A stretch of DNA of 64,000 nt from assembly GCA_965198235.1 (NCBI GenBank), contig OZ240248.1:1632001-1696000 (forward strand), given 5' to 3'. The notes beneath the pieces are model-generated. The model was given only the letters and a program-made list of their open reading frames with translations. It did no database searches and was not told the DNA's origin. Positions 1 to 9,334 of this stretch are shown piece after piece. The stretch comes from Candidatus Poribacteria bacterium. Lineage in GTDB: Bacteria > Poribacteria > WGA-4E > WGA-3G. The translations under genes were made by a program, and so were the position numbers. Each line of letters begins with the position of its first letter. Positions within the stretch are counted from its first letter, which is position 1.

Positions 1-23
1 ACGGTTTCGTTCCTGTCTTCTAT

Positions 24-45
24 ACCGAGGTCCCTATGCCTCGGT
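24..45. repeat. REP-like hairpin or terminator
   Basis: ACCGAGG-N8-CCTCGGT perfect 7-bp inverted repeat directly after the stop of the 46..177 ORF. Confidence 0.5.
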
Positions 46-177
46 TTAAGCCGCGACGAGTTGCGCAGCGAGTTCTAAAGCATCTCCCACGAGTTGTCCA
101 ATGAGACACCCTTGTGCTCTTGAGATCCGTTCTCTTTGGATATTGGAAATGTTTACTGTTGCTTGATTGTCTGACAT
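46..177 (-). pseudogene. ADP-ribosylglycohydrolase remnant (43 aa, probable internal deletion)
   Basis: Translated by hand: MSDNQATVNISNIQRERISRAQGCLIGQLVGDALELAAQLVAA*. RAQGCLIGQLVGDAL matches the ARH/DraG N-terminal motif, but the ORF stops almost at once. Confidence 0.6.
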
Positions 178-229
178 AGGTTTTCCTTGTATACGAGGAC
201 AGGTCTGCCCTAAACCGATTGGTGTGTGA

Positions 230-1402
230 CTATTCTAATGCTGTTGGCGGGACAGGCGGGTTAATAGAAGAAATGTGTCGTTGAAAAGCGCGGACAATTG
301 CTTGGGCAACGCCTATAATATATTCAGAATTAGAGAGTTTCTCTAAGTCCTCCACGTTGGAGAGATAGCCGAGTTCCAGAACGAGTGCCGGCATATAGGC
401 TTCAGATAACGCTACAAGTGGTAGTTCGGTAATCTTAACTGGTGTTTCCGTTAGGAAATTCAATTCCGTTTGCAGCGCGTGTGCGAAGTCTTGGCTCTGC
501 TTTAGGAAATTGGCTTGAGCAAGGATTTTTAACCGTTGTCCTGTAAGTGCTGCCTGGACGTTACTTGGAAATCGAAGTTGTCCTTTAGGGTTGTTGAGGT
601 AAATCTTAATCCCTTTTTCATGTGGTGAAAAAGATGCGTTGCAGTGTAGGCTGAGAAAGAGTTGTCCTTGATTCCGTTTTGCAACCTGAATGCGTTCAAA
701 GTGTGTCTTTTTCGTATCTGCCTGGCGTGTAAGGTAGACCTGTATTCCCTGCTCTTTGCTGATTGAGGAAAGTTGTTTTGCGATCGCAAGTACAATGTCT
801 TTCTCAAGGAGGCCTGTACTACTTTCACATCCGCGGTCGTCTGCACCACCGTGTCCTGGGTCGATGATGATTGCCCAATTCACAAAACCACCTGTCACGG
901 CTGGTGTCCATGTTCCCTTGGGTCTCAGCTGGACCCTTTTCAAACTGGGATTGTAGATGGCTTCGAGGTTATAGAAATCTGGTAGAATTTGCGTGAAAAA
1001 AGCGATAGGCAACATCGGTTGTTGCGCGATGATTATCGGGGGAGTCAGAAGGGTGCGTGTCAGCCCACTGGGATCGATACCGACGATCGGGTGCCCGATT
1101 TGTAAGCGGATTTGCTTGTCTTTGGTTTTCAGGGTAAGTCGTTTTCGCGGATGATTGTATTGATCCGTCATTTCGGGATCGAAGACCTGTCTCACGGTGT
1201 CAACAGAGAGGTAAATCTGCTCCCCTTGGAGTTGGGCAGGCACCTCGGCGATGGTTTCTCCATTGACATCAATGAAGCGAACGGAGTTTTCTTGAGCGGG
1301 ACTGTTGAGTGTAATAATCCACGCGAGGATGCTTAAAAAAAGCGCGCTAACCGTTTTTCTAATGTTCCTTGCGGTTCGGTTAGATAGACTTAGGGCTTTC
1401 AC
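230..1402 (-). CDS. N-acetylmuramoyl-L-alanine amidase (Amidase_3) with signal/TM segment and N-terminal stalk domain
   Basis: IDPGHGG, LLEK, SLHCNA and VLELGY motifs; GTG at 1402 after AAGGA preferred to the ORF-track start at 1429. Confidence 0.85.
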   Translation of the reverse strand: MKALSLSNRTARNIRKTVSALFLSILAWIITLNSPAQENSVRFIDVNGETIAEVPAQLQGEQIYLSVDTVRQVFDPEMTDQYNHPRKRLTLKTKDKQIRLQIGHPIVGIDPSGLTRTLLTPPIIIAQQPMLPIAFFTQILPDFYNLEAIYNPSLKRVQLRPKGTWTPAVTGGFVNWAIIIDPGHGGADDRGCESSTGLLEKDIVLAIAKQLSSISKEQGIQVYLTRQADTKKTHFERIQVAKRNQGQLFLSLHCNASFSPHEKGIKIYLNNPKGQLRFPSNVQAALTGQRLKILAQANFLKQSQDFAHALQTELNFLTETPVKITELPLVALSEAYMPALVLELGYLSNVEDLEKLSNSEYIIGVAQAIVRAFQRHISSINPPVPPTALE

Positions 1403-1531
1403 GTTCCTTTCCGTATATCCGCTTTCCACTTCGTTCCAAGCTGCGCGCTTTGTTTAGAAAGAGTCGCGATCGGGAGATCGCTCCTATAGATTAAGTGCGC
1501 TTTGGATTTTTATTTGTTGGTGTAGACGACG

Positions 1532-2206
1532 TTATTCGTCGTCGTCATCATCGCGTCTACGGGAAATAACTTCTGGTTCCGTAGGTTCGTCAGTGGCTTC
1601 TTCCTCTTCTCCTTCGCCATCTTCAGCCTCTGTTACTTCATCAAGTAGGATGCGTGGTTGGCTCACCGTCGCAATAATTCGTTCTAAGTCATCTAAGATG
1701 TCAATTTCTTCGTCCAAGGTTAAGTCGCTGACATGGACGGAGTCACCGATTTCCAATTGACTGACGTCAATGGTGATATCGTTCGGCATTTGCCTCGGTA
1801 GGCAGTTAAGGGACACTTGGCGGAGAGGGAATTCAAGGACACCACCCTCTTGAATACCGAGTGGGTTGCCTACGAGAACCACCGGCACGGCTGATGTCAC
1901 AGGCTCATCCAAAGAGATTCTGATAAAATCCGCATGGAGTAGGGTCTGCTTATTTACCGGATGGCGCTGAATTTCTTTGATAATGACAGTTTCAGTATTG
2001 CCTGCACTGACTTCCATATTGATGATAACGTTTTCACCGTACGTTCGTAGGAATTGTTTGAAAGTCCGTGCGTCGAGTTGGATCGCCAAGGTGTCTTGTG
2101 CGCGACCGTACAGCACGGCAGGGACCCCGCCCTCTTTCCGAAGGTCCCGCGCGCCCTGTTTCCCGAAGGTATCGCGTTGTTGAGCCTCTAATTTTGCTTG
2201 TTGCAT
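1532..2206 (-). CDS. rplY: 50S ribosomal protein L25 / general stress protein Ctc
   Basis: ARDLRKEGGVPAVLYG, IQRHPV...HADF, acidic C-terminal tail. Confidence 0.97.
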   Translation of the reverse strand: MQQAKLEAQQRDTFGKQGARDLRKEGGVPAVLYGRAQDTLAIQLDARTFKQFLRTYGENVIINMEVSAGNTETVIIKEIQRHPVNKQTLLHADFIRISLDEPVTSAVPVVLVGNPLGIQEGGVLEFPLRQVSLNCLPRQMPNDITIDVSQLEIGDSVHVSDLTLDEEIDILDDLERIIATVSQPRILLDEVTEAEDGEGEEEEATDEPTEPEVISRRRDDDDDE

Positions 2207-2261
2207 TTTAAAATTCTAACCTTTTTTCTTTGTAGATTCAGTAGCCGTGTCAAAAAGGAGA

Positions 2262-2333
2262 CAGGGCGGGTAGGATTCGAACCTACGCATGCAGGTGCCA
2301 AAGACCTGAGCCTTACCGCTTGGCTACCGCCCT
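2262..2333 (-). tRNA. tRNA-Gln (anticodon TTG)
   Basis: AGGGCGGTAGCCAAGCGGTAAGGC...CAGGT-CTTTGGC-ACCTG...GGTTCGAATCC-TACCCGCCCTG; conserved position after ispE; CCA not encoded. Confidence 0.95.
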
Positions 2334-2462
2334 TTAATCGTCAATTTTTTAATTGATTGCTCCTGGGCAAAGAAACACCCAAGCAAAAACCCCTCCACTT
2401 CGTTTCAGGCAGGTTTTCGGGCATTCAAAACTGGGTTTGGGGATCCGTTTACCCCATAATCG

Positions 2463-3341
2463 TTAATATACGGACACACCGACGGGACTGGTTACCGTGG
2501 TTGTACAAAAACTGACTCTGTTTTTGAAGTGTGATTCACTCCGACGTGCTGCATCACCATTATGCATTACAGCGAACACTGTAGCACCGCTCCCTGACAT
2601 CAGCGCGCCACAAGCCCCAGTCTGCATAGATAACTCTGTTTTTAGCGCGGCAATTTCGGGATATTGGGAAAAAACTGGGACCTCAAGTAGGTTGTATAGG
2701 TTTTTCCCGATGCCTGTGACATCACCTTTCTCCAAACAAGCCTTTATAATTATACCTCTTTTTTCTCGTGTTGTCAAGGAAAAATTCAATTTCCTAAATA
2801 CAGTCGCTGTCGAAATTTCGATACCAGGATTTAAAAGGAGGAGCGGTACATCTGAGAGTGCGGGAAGGCGTGTTAACTGATCACCGATGCCGAGTCCGAA
2901 TGCAGCACCGCCGTGCAGGCAGAACGGGACATCTGCCCCCAACTGTGCTCCAAACTGCCTTAGGGTTTCCTGTGTGAAATTTAGCCCGAAAAGTTCGTTC
3001 ACGCCGTGGAGAACGGCAGCGGCGTTTGCACTCCCGCCTGCGAGTCCAGCCGCAACCGGAATCCGCTTATGGATGTCAATTGCGATCCCACCAATCCCAC
3101 CTACCGCATGACTGAGAAGCTGCGCCGCGCGATGTGCCAAATTACGTGAATCGCACGGAACCCCTGGGTGCTCACAGCGAACTGTTATGCCCTTTGTCTC
3201 CTGTTTGTAGATGGTGACATCATCGTGCAATCCAATTGAATGGAAGATCGTTTCGAGGTTGTGGTAGCCGTCCTCGCGTTTGCCTACGACATCCAGATAG
3301 AGGTTAATTTTCGCGTGGGCGCGGACCCTTATCTTTTTCAC
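2463..3341 (-). CDS. ispE: 4-(cytidine 5'-diphospho)-2-C-methyl-D-erythritol kinase
   Basis: AKINLYL, KRIPVAAGLAGGSANAA, GADVPF, MSGSG. Confidence 0.97.
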   Translation of the reverse strand: MKKIRVRAHAKINLYLDVVGKREDGYHNLETIFHSIGLHDDVTIYKQETKGITVRCEHPGVPCDSRNLAHRAAQLLSHAVGGIGGIAIDIHKRIPVAAGLAGGSANAAAVLHGVNELFGLNFTQETLRQFGAQLGADVPFCLHGGAAFGLGIGDQLTRLPALSDVPLLLLNPGIEISTATVFRKLNFSLTTREKRGIIIKACLEKGDVTGIGKNLYNLLEVPVFSQYPEIAALKTELSMQTGACGALMSGSGATVFAVMHNGDAARRSESHFKNRVSFCTTTVTSPVGVSVY

Positions 3342-3353
3342 GATTTTTGCCCA

Positions 3354-4217
3354 CTATTCCCGTAATTCTGACAAGGGGATGATTTCGACATCCTCGCCCA
3401 GAAAGGGTTCAGGGTCAAACTTGCTATCTTTAATCTCGACGTTCAGTTCAACTTTGGCAATTTTCACGGCGACCCGTGTTTGTTCAAGCGGACGTTCGAT
3501 TTCGACCTTGTGGGGGCGGAGGATACCACTCACCTCACGATAGTCAGTGAAAGTGGCGCGTTGTTCAAGCGTACCGTTCTCATTGTGGATATGCCATTCT
3601 GTAACTCGCGGTTCATCTTCGCGGATAAAGAGCGTGATGGTTTCCACATGTCCAGTTTGGATACCCGGACGCTTAAGGACAAATTTTGCCCCGGAGCTTT
3701 CAACGGATATGAAGTCATCGGTGCGTCCATGGAGAAACGGATTGGCGAAGATTGCACTCAACACATCTGACACGCGCAAATCCACACCAAAAATTTCTCG
3801 CAAAGCCCCGTCCGATAGTGGTCCAAGGTAGGCTTTCTGTTCATTCACAAGACGGAGTAGGAATTGGTTCTTGTCCTGATTGGCAATTACGATGCCACGT
3901 GGTGCGTTCATCGCTCCCAGTGCTTGGATGTGGAGCAATTCCCCGCCGTTCTCCGATTTTTTATACCACAACGATTCTCGGAGTTCCTCGCGTTGTTCGC
4001 CCTCCTCAATTGTTACCATCATCCGGGTGATCTTTAAGGATCCGGTCAGATCGTATCTCGCTTGCAGTGTGTTGAGGATAGCATTCAATTCCGTACGGGT
4101 CGCGGGTGACAATTCAATCGTGCTCGTGCCACTGAGGCATCCCACGACTGCGAGCAGGAAACAGAATACATAGATTTTTGCCCATGCAGCGCGGTCGAAC
4201 TTTTCGAGGTATCGCAT
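3354..4217 (-). CDS. Lipoprotein of LolA/LolB-like fold (DUF4292 / lipoprotein-sorting family)
   Basis: Lipobox LLAVVGC; 'FTDYREVSGILRPHKVEI' motif; occupies the lolB position upstream of ispE; start taken at MRYLEK (4217). Confidence 0.6.
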   Translation of the reverse strand: MRYLEKFDRAAWAKIYVFCFLLAVVGCLSGTSTIELSPATRTELNAILNTLQARYDLTGSLKITRMMVTIEEGEQREELRESLWYKKSENGGELLHIQALGAMNAPRGIVIANQDKNQFLLRLVNEQKAYLGPLSDGALREIFGVDLRVSDVLSAIFANPFLHGRTDDFISVESSGAKFVLKRPGIQTGHVETITLFIREDEPRVTEWHIHNENGTLEQRATFTDYREVSGILRPHKVEIERPLEQTRVAVKIAKVELNVEIKDSKFDPEPFLGEDVEIIPLSELRE

Positions 4218-4218
4218 C

Positions 4219-5409
4219 TTAAAGGGTTTCAGACATCGATTTTTCAACGATGTTAACGGCTTCCTCAACATGACCGGCATTGATATTGAGCGGTGGTAAG
4301 AACCGGAGGATATAATCGTTGGTGCAGATGGTGACCAGCCCGTTCTCAATGCATTTCGCAGCGAGCGGTTTGGCATCGACTTCCATGACTAAGCCGCGGA
4401 GCAAGCCTTTCCCACGTACCTCTTTGATTGGATACTTGTCCTTTAGTTCCATCAGTCCACCTGTGAGATAATTCCCCATTTTAACGGCGTTCACGGCGAG
4501 GTTTTCTTCCAGAATGGTTCTGACGGTTGTGGATGCCGCCGCGGTGACTAACGGATTACCTCCGAATGTCGCCGCGTGGGTGCCTGGCACAAAACTCTCT
4601 GCTATGTGTCGTTTCGCCAGCATCGCACCGATTGGCGCACCACTACCGAGAGCCTTCGCCATCGTAATCACATCTGGCACAACGCCGTAGCTTTGATACC
4701 CGAAAAAGGTGCCTAATCTCCCCATCGCGGTCTGGACTTCGTCGAAGATGAGTAGCAGGTTATGTTTGTCACACAGTTCTCGTAACCCTTGGAGATACCC
4801 ATCACTGGGGATATTAACGCCACCTTCGGACTGAATCGGCTCGACTAATATGGCGCACGTCTTTGAATTGATAGCGACTTCGGTTGCTTCGAGATCATCA
4901 AACGGCACGTATGTGAAGCCTTCGAGCATCGGCTCAAACCCGACGTGATATTTCGTTTGTGCCGTAGCGGTGATAGTCGCCATCGTCCGTCCATGGAACG
5001 AATTCTCCATCGTGATGATTTCGTAGGTGTCTGTTCTATCATTGTCCTTGGCGTATTTCCGCGCCAACTTAATCGCCGCTTCATTTGCTTCAGCACCGCT
5101 ATTGCAGAAGAAGCACTGATCCATATCGGAGTTGTCGATAAGCAGTTTCGCGAGTTCTGCCTGCGGTTGGATATAGTAAAGATTGGATGTGTGCAGCAGC
5201 TTGCCTGCCTGTTCACGGATAGCGGCGACAACCTTCGGGTGGCAGTGCCCTAAGCCGTTGACAGCGAGTCCACCGAGGAAGTCGAGGTATTTCTTGCCAT
5301 CGGCATCCCAGAGGTAGGGACCCTCGCCCTTGACGAATGCGAGACTTCTGTCACCGTAAGTATTGATGATATATTCCGTCGCCATCTCTTTGATTTCAGC
5401 TGTTGTCAT
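4219..5409 (-). CDS. argD: Acetylornithine aminotransferase (class III PLP)
   Basis: NSGAEANEAAIKLAR, SFHGRT, FDEVQT, AKALG, TFGGNP. Confidence 0.93.
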   Translation of the reverse strand: MTTAEIKEMATEYIINTYGDRSLAFVKGEGPYLWDADGKKYLDFLGGLAVNGLGHCHPKVVAAIREQAGKLLHTSNLYYIQPQAELAKLLIDNSDMDQCFFCNSGAEANEAAIKLARKYAKDNDRTDTYEIITMENSFHGRTMATITATAQTKYHVGFEPMLEGFTYVPFDDLEATEVAINSKTCAILVEPIQSEGGVNIPSDGYLQGLRELCDKHNLLLIFDEVQTAMGRLGTFFGYQSYGVVPDVITMAKALGSGAPIGAMLAKRHIAESFVPGTHAATFGGNPLVTAAASTTVRTILEENLAVNAVKMGNYLTGGLMELKDKYPIKEVRGKGLLRGLVMEVDAKPLAAKCIENGLVTICTNDYILRFLPPLNINAGHVEEAVNIVEKSMSETL

Positions 5410-5512
5410 TTTCCTAACTATGGCCTCCTGTTCTGCTCTCCATTACATTACGAGCAGGTTTCTGGTTAAGTCGTGATTCTTCTGGGGTTTGTGCGTTTCT
5501 GGACCTTTAAAA
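5410..5512 (-). repeat. Dispersed leader/hairpin element, copy A (ends at argD ATG)
   Basis: Nearly gap-free match to 9075..9177; stem CTGCTC/GAGCAG around 13-nt loop GTAATGTAATGGA. Confidence 0.8.
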
Positions 5513-5632
5513 CAGGACTTACGCAAATTGCGCGAAAAGCAATATATTTCCCCAAAAGAGTCGTTGTTTCAGTGATTTAACCCCCTCAATCTCCCTTATC
5601 AGGGAACTTTAAGAGGAGGTGCGTAAGTCCTA
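5513..5632. mobile_element. MITE with AGGACTTACGCA terminal inverted repeats and 5-bp TSD
   Basis: AGGACTTACGCA (5514-5525) ... TGCGTAAGTCCT (5620-5631); TAAAA on both flanks (5508-5512, 5633-5637). Confidence 0.8.
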
Positions 5633-5637
5633 TAAAA

Positions 5638-6771
5638 TCACCAATTCGTGTAGGCACCGTCATCGCGTTGATAACCGTAGGGTGGTCCATACCCTTGCGT
5701 TGAGACATCGGTAAGGGCATCTTCGTTAAATTCGATGCCGAGTCCAGGTGCTTCAGGCGGTAGGAGATACCCTGATTCAAACGGTACTTGCACCGGGAAC
5801 ACGTCGGTTAGCGTGGACATCGGGGCACGTGGGAGTTCCTGCACACCGACGAGTGGCGATGACAAACAGAGATGCAGACACGCTGCAGCGGATACAGGTC
5901 CCAAGGGGTTGTGTGGTGCCATATAGATATAATGCGTTTCGCACCATCCGGCGATTTTACGTGCCTCCGTTAACCCACCAGCGATGCAAAGGTCAACGCG
6001 GCAGTAATCGATGAGGTCTTCCTCGATGACTTCTCGGAACGTCCATTTGCTGTCAAATTGTTCGCCAACGGCAATCGGCACCGAGGTCTGCTGCCGAATC
6101 CGTCTGAGACTGGCAGGGTTTTCAGCCCGAAGCGGATCCTCGATGAAAAACGGATTGTAGGGTGCAACCTTGTTGCAGAAATCGAGGCTATCCGCCGGAT
6201 CGAGGCGGGTGTGCACGTCAACGAGTATTTCAATATCGTCACCTAATGCCTGACGGACGGCTTGTACTTGTTTAAGCCCGTTCTGGATGGCGCGTTTGGG
6301 TTCAAACGTCCCTGTATCTGTGCCGTCAGCCAAGCCCCATCGGACGAATTTCCAACCCGCTGCGTGAGTTTGTTTGCAATTCTCAACAAGTGCATCAATC
6401 GTGCCGCCGCCGTTGTGAGGATAGCAGACGACCTTGTCTCTGGTGCGTCCTCCTAAAAGTTCATAGACGGGAACGTTCAGTGCCTTTCCTTTGATGTCCC
6501 AGAGTGCGATGTCTACAGCACTCACTGCCGCGGATTGGACGACACCTCCGGGGAAAAAGCCGCCGCGGAACATCACTTGCCATAGGTGTTCAATTCGGAA
6601 CGGATCTGCGCCGATGAGAAACGGTTCAAATGAGCGAACGACTTCGGCTAAGGCGAGTGCGCGACGGCGAAGTCCGCCCTCACCGACACCGTAGATACCC
6701 GCATCGGTTTCGACCTTCACAAAAAAATAGCCGTCCGCTGAAGCAAACGATTTAACTTTGGTAATTTTCAT
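5638..6771 (-). CDS. Mandelate racemase/muconate lactonizing enzyme family (galactonate dehydratase-like)
   Basis: VETDAGIYGVGE, DIALWDIKGK, VDVH, FIEDP, AVGE, APHNP; start at MKITKV. Confidence 0.9.
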   Translation of the reverse strand: MKITKVKSFASADGYFFVKVETDAGIYGVGEGGLRRRALALAEVVRSFEPFLIGADPFRIEHLWQVMFRGGFFPGGVVQSAAVSAVDIALWDIKGKALNVPVYELLGGRTRDKVVCYPHNGGGTIDALVENCKQTHAAGWKFVRWGLADGTDTGTFEPKRAIQNGLKQVQAVRQALGDDIEILVDVHTRLDPADSLDFCNKVAPYNPFFIEDPLRAENPASLRRIRQQTSVPIAVGEQFDSKWTFREVIEEDLIDYCRVDLCIAGGLTEARKIAGWCETHYIYMAPHNPLGPVSAAACLHLCLSSPLVGVQELPRAPMSTLTDVFPVQVPFESGYLLPPEAPGLGIEFNEDALTDVSTQGYGPPYGYQRDDGAYTNW

Positions 6772-6980
6772 TTTTTTGACGATTAAGTTTTCGCTCCTTT
6801 TCGGCGTAGCTTGCAAGTCAAAACTTGCTGTTAAAGGTTCCGTTGTCGAAAACGGGTTTTCGCCAATTTTCAACAACATATTTTTAATGATTAGGTTTTC
6901 GCTCCGTTTTTTCTCCCCCTTCCCAGTAACGGGCGGGGACCCCTATCAACAACGGGTTTTCGGCGAGTTTCAACAATATT
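6772..6980. repeat. Two tandem ~108-bp units with conserved ends and different hairpin cores
   Basis: GATTA(A/G)GTTTTCGCTCC...AACGGGTTTTCG..TTTCAACAA at 6781 and 6889. Confidence 0.7.
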
Positions 6981-7014
6981 GGTTATCATCAAATTAATGG
7001 CACGCAACGAGTTG

Positions 7015-7821
7015 CTACACAGCATCCAATGTTGGCGTGTTGTCCTGACAGTGAACGGGCCGGAAGAGCGTCTGACGTTTGAACGGCATCTCTTCAACGT
7101 GTTTCGGATGCGGTTCCCACTTATGCCATTTATTTCCAACTGTATTGTAGCAGTGGAAAATTGCAACTCGATCGATCTCTTCATCTGTCCACTTTGCACC
7201 GGTATGTGTGATTGCCTCTGTGAAGATAAGCACGGACCCGGCAGGACAGGTATAATCCTCCCAGAGTGGGGAATCACGGTTCTCTGTTGACTGCGGTGCA
7301 GGAAACGCCCCTTTATGACTACCCGTGAGGAACATCGTTCCACCACCACCTGTCTGAACGGGATTGAGCTCCCAGACGACGCGCGTCAATCCACTGTGTG
7401 CACTATCGTGATGTAAATGATAGGTGTGCGAGTTGCCGGGAAAGTTGAGCATCCCACGTCCGCCGTGTGGCTGGAAGTTGTCATGTCCATTCGGACGAAT
7501 AGTTAGGAATGTGCCTTCCAATCGGAATCCGTAGCAGTTCTCGTTGGCATAGCCCGAAGTAAGGAATTCGTTCATGAATCCGAGCACAACCGGATGATCG
7601 GTTAGCGACTCAAGGGGACCGCCGATGGGAGAGCGGTGGTGTTCAGGGATTAACTCCGGTTCCTGTTTGAGCTGATAACAGAACTCGCGCATCTCTTTAA
7701 CCTCGGTTTCGCTGAGAAGGCTTGGAATCAGGAGCCATCCACGGGTGTCAAAAAGATAGCGTTGCTCTTCCGTAAGTGGGATCGGTGATAGATTGTCAGC
7801 ATTCGTCGTAGGATTCGGCAT
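7015..7821 (-). CDS. Phytanoyl-CoA dioxygenase (PhyH) family protein
   Basis: EEQRYLFDTRGWL, GGTMFLTGSHK, PAGSVLIFTEAITH. Confidence 0.85.
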   Translation of the reverse strand: MPNPTTNADNLSPIPLTEEQRYLFDTRGWLLIPSLLSETEVKEMREFCYQLKQEPELIPEHHRSPIGGPLESLTDHPVVLGFMNEFLTSGYANENCYGFRLEGTFLTIRPNGHDNFQPHGGRGMLNFPGNSHTYHLHHDSAHSGLTRVVWELNPVQTGGGGTMFLTGSHKGAFPAPQSTENRDSPLWEDYTCPAGSVLIFTEAITHTGAKWTDEEIDRVAIFHCYNTVGNKWHKWEPHPKHVEEMPFKRQTLFRPVHCQDNTPTLDAV

Positions 7822-7841
7822 AGTTTTGTCCTTAGAGGAAT

Positions 7842-7916
7842 GGTTATCAGTTGTCAGTTAAAGAAGGTTCTTGACGTATCAGGGATCTCTTTTAACTGAT
7901 AACTGATAACTAACAG
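7842..7916. repeat. Heptamer-repeat palindromic element (TATCAGT / ACTGATA arms)
   Basis: GGTTATCAGTTGTCAGTTAAAG ... CTTTTAACTGATAACTGATAAC; relatives at 22826-22948 and 28343-28425. Confidence 0.7.
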
Positions 7917-9074
7917 CTATTTGTATAAGCGTTCGTCTTCTAATGATAGCCAGGTGCCGTAATCGCGAGGCATATCCCTTATTTCACCCAAGCCGGCTTC
8001 AGCACGCCACCGCAGCAACGGATGCTCTCGGTTTTTCTGGGGCAACTCCACACGTGTGCCGTAGACAGCGGACTCAAAGATTGCCATTAGAATTTCAATG
8101 ACATGGCGACCCTCTTCGCCGTTAGATTCGTGTTCACGGTCCTCGTCTAATGCGTTTACATACTCTTCAACGAAGCAGTAATCGTCGGCATTTGCGCCTT
8201 TATCTGCGTCAAAATGCTCTGGATAGATAGACGCGAGTGCTTCCCACTGGTCGTGTGTGCCATCAGGGACGAAATGTGGTGTAGGTAGCCACCACGAACC
8301 TTTCAATTCCGACCAGAAGAGCCTGCCTTCAGTGCCGTAGAGTTCCATGACGTACGCATCGGTATCCACCTTCGGGAATCGATGCTGAATGAGAGTACCG
8401 GTGACGTTTCCGTCGAATTGGAGCGTCGCTGTGGTATATTCACCTGCGACTGTGCCCATGCCAGCCGGGGAGGGGAGCACATCGTCGTGTCCGATGGCGC
8501 GTCCGCCTGTCGTCGCTTGTGTCATGACGCTCCGGCAGTGCCCACCGAAACGCAGCATGTTGTTAATGACATGCGTTCCGATGTTCATTAACCCATAACC
8601 GGCGTAGTAGCCTTTTCCACTGGCGTAGATGTAACGCAGGTCGCCTATTTTTCCTTCGTTTAGGGCTTTGGCGACTGCCTGCATCGACGGACTCGTACGT
8701 CGTTGATGATGTACGGCGACGCGAGCGTTTTTCTCTTTCGCCTTTGCCAGCACCTCATCCGCTTGAGTGAGGTTAATACAGAGCGGTTTCTCTACCTCAA
8801 TGTTCACGCTGTGTTCAAGGACGCGCATGCAAAGCGGATAGTGTGCCTCTGTTGCTGTGGGAATTGCGACAATGTCGGGAGATGTCTGTTGGATCATCTC
8901 GTCTAAATCGGTGAAATGTGCGGAGACGTTCACGATATCGCCGAGGGTCTCTAACCGCTCTTGGACGAGGTCGCAAAGTGCTACGATCTCGGTGCGCGGA
9001 TGTGCGTGATATGCTTTTGCTGCCGAGGTGCCGCGACTCCGGCACCCCAATATAGCGACGCGGTAAGTTTTCAT
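7917..9074 (-). CDS. Gfo/Idh/MocA family oxidoreductase
   Basis: RVAILGCRSRG, VEKP, GTH; start at MKTYRV. Confidence 0.9.
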   Translation of the reverse strand: MKTYRVAILGCRSRGTSAAKAYHAHPRTEIVALCDLVQERLETLGDIVNVSAHFTDLDEMIQQTSPDIVAIPTATEAHYPLCMRVLEHSVNIEVEKPLCINLTQADEVLAKAKEKNARVAVHHQRRTSPSMQAVAKALNEGKIGDLRYIYASGKGYYAGYGLMNIGTHVINNMLRFGGHCRSVMTQATTGGRAIGHDDVLPSPAGMGTVAGEYTTATLQFDGNVTGTLIQHRFPKVDTDAYVMELYGTEGRLFWSELKGSWWLPTPHFVPDGTHDQWEALASIYPEHFDADKGANADDYCFVEEYVNALDEDREHESNGEEGRHVIEILMAIFESAVYGTRVELPQKNREHPLLRWRAEAGLGEIRDMPRDYGTWLSLEDERLYK

Positions 9075-9177
9075 TTTTCTAACTATGGGCTCCTGGACTG
9101 CGCTCCATTCCATTACGCGCAGGTTTTTGATTAATTCGTGACGCTTCTGCGGATTTGTACGTTTCTGTACTTTAAAG
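9075..9177 (-). repeat. Dispersed leader/hairpin element, copy B
   Basis: Stem CTGCGC/GCGCAG, loop GTAATGGAATGGA, 23-nt tail to the ATG. Confidence 0.8.
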
Positions 9178-9207
9178 TCTCGGACTCGTTCTGATATTAA
9201 TGTGGTA

Positions 9208-9236
9208 ATGTTAACCTATTTGGGATTTGCTGTCAA
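9208..9236 (-). promoter_or_regulatory. Sigma70-type promoter for the oxidoreductase
   Basis: TTGACA-N17-TAACAT on the minus strand. Confidence 0.55.
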
Positions 9237-9334
9237 GTTTTTTATCAGATGAACCAGAGGTATTCGGTTTTCAGCGGTCAGCCGCCGGCTTTGCCATATA
9301 GTAAAGTCTGCAATGACAAGGGACCTAAAATTGC

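Noticed and set aside
2262-2333. tRNA-Gln as the integration site of the defence island
   Set aside because: No integrase in the window and no duplicated tRNA 3' end noticed at the island borders
4218-4376. ORF-track N-terminal extensions (here and at 6879, 9113, 15536, 30545, 33082, 40788, 43809, 59724)
   Set aside because: They overlap upstream genes or repeats; downstream starts fit SD sites, signal peptides or family N-termini better
6772-6980. Mini-CRISPR array
   Set aside because: Only two degenerate units with a ~108-bp period and structured cores
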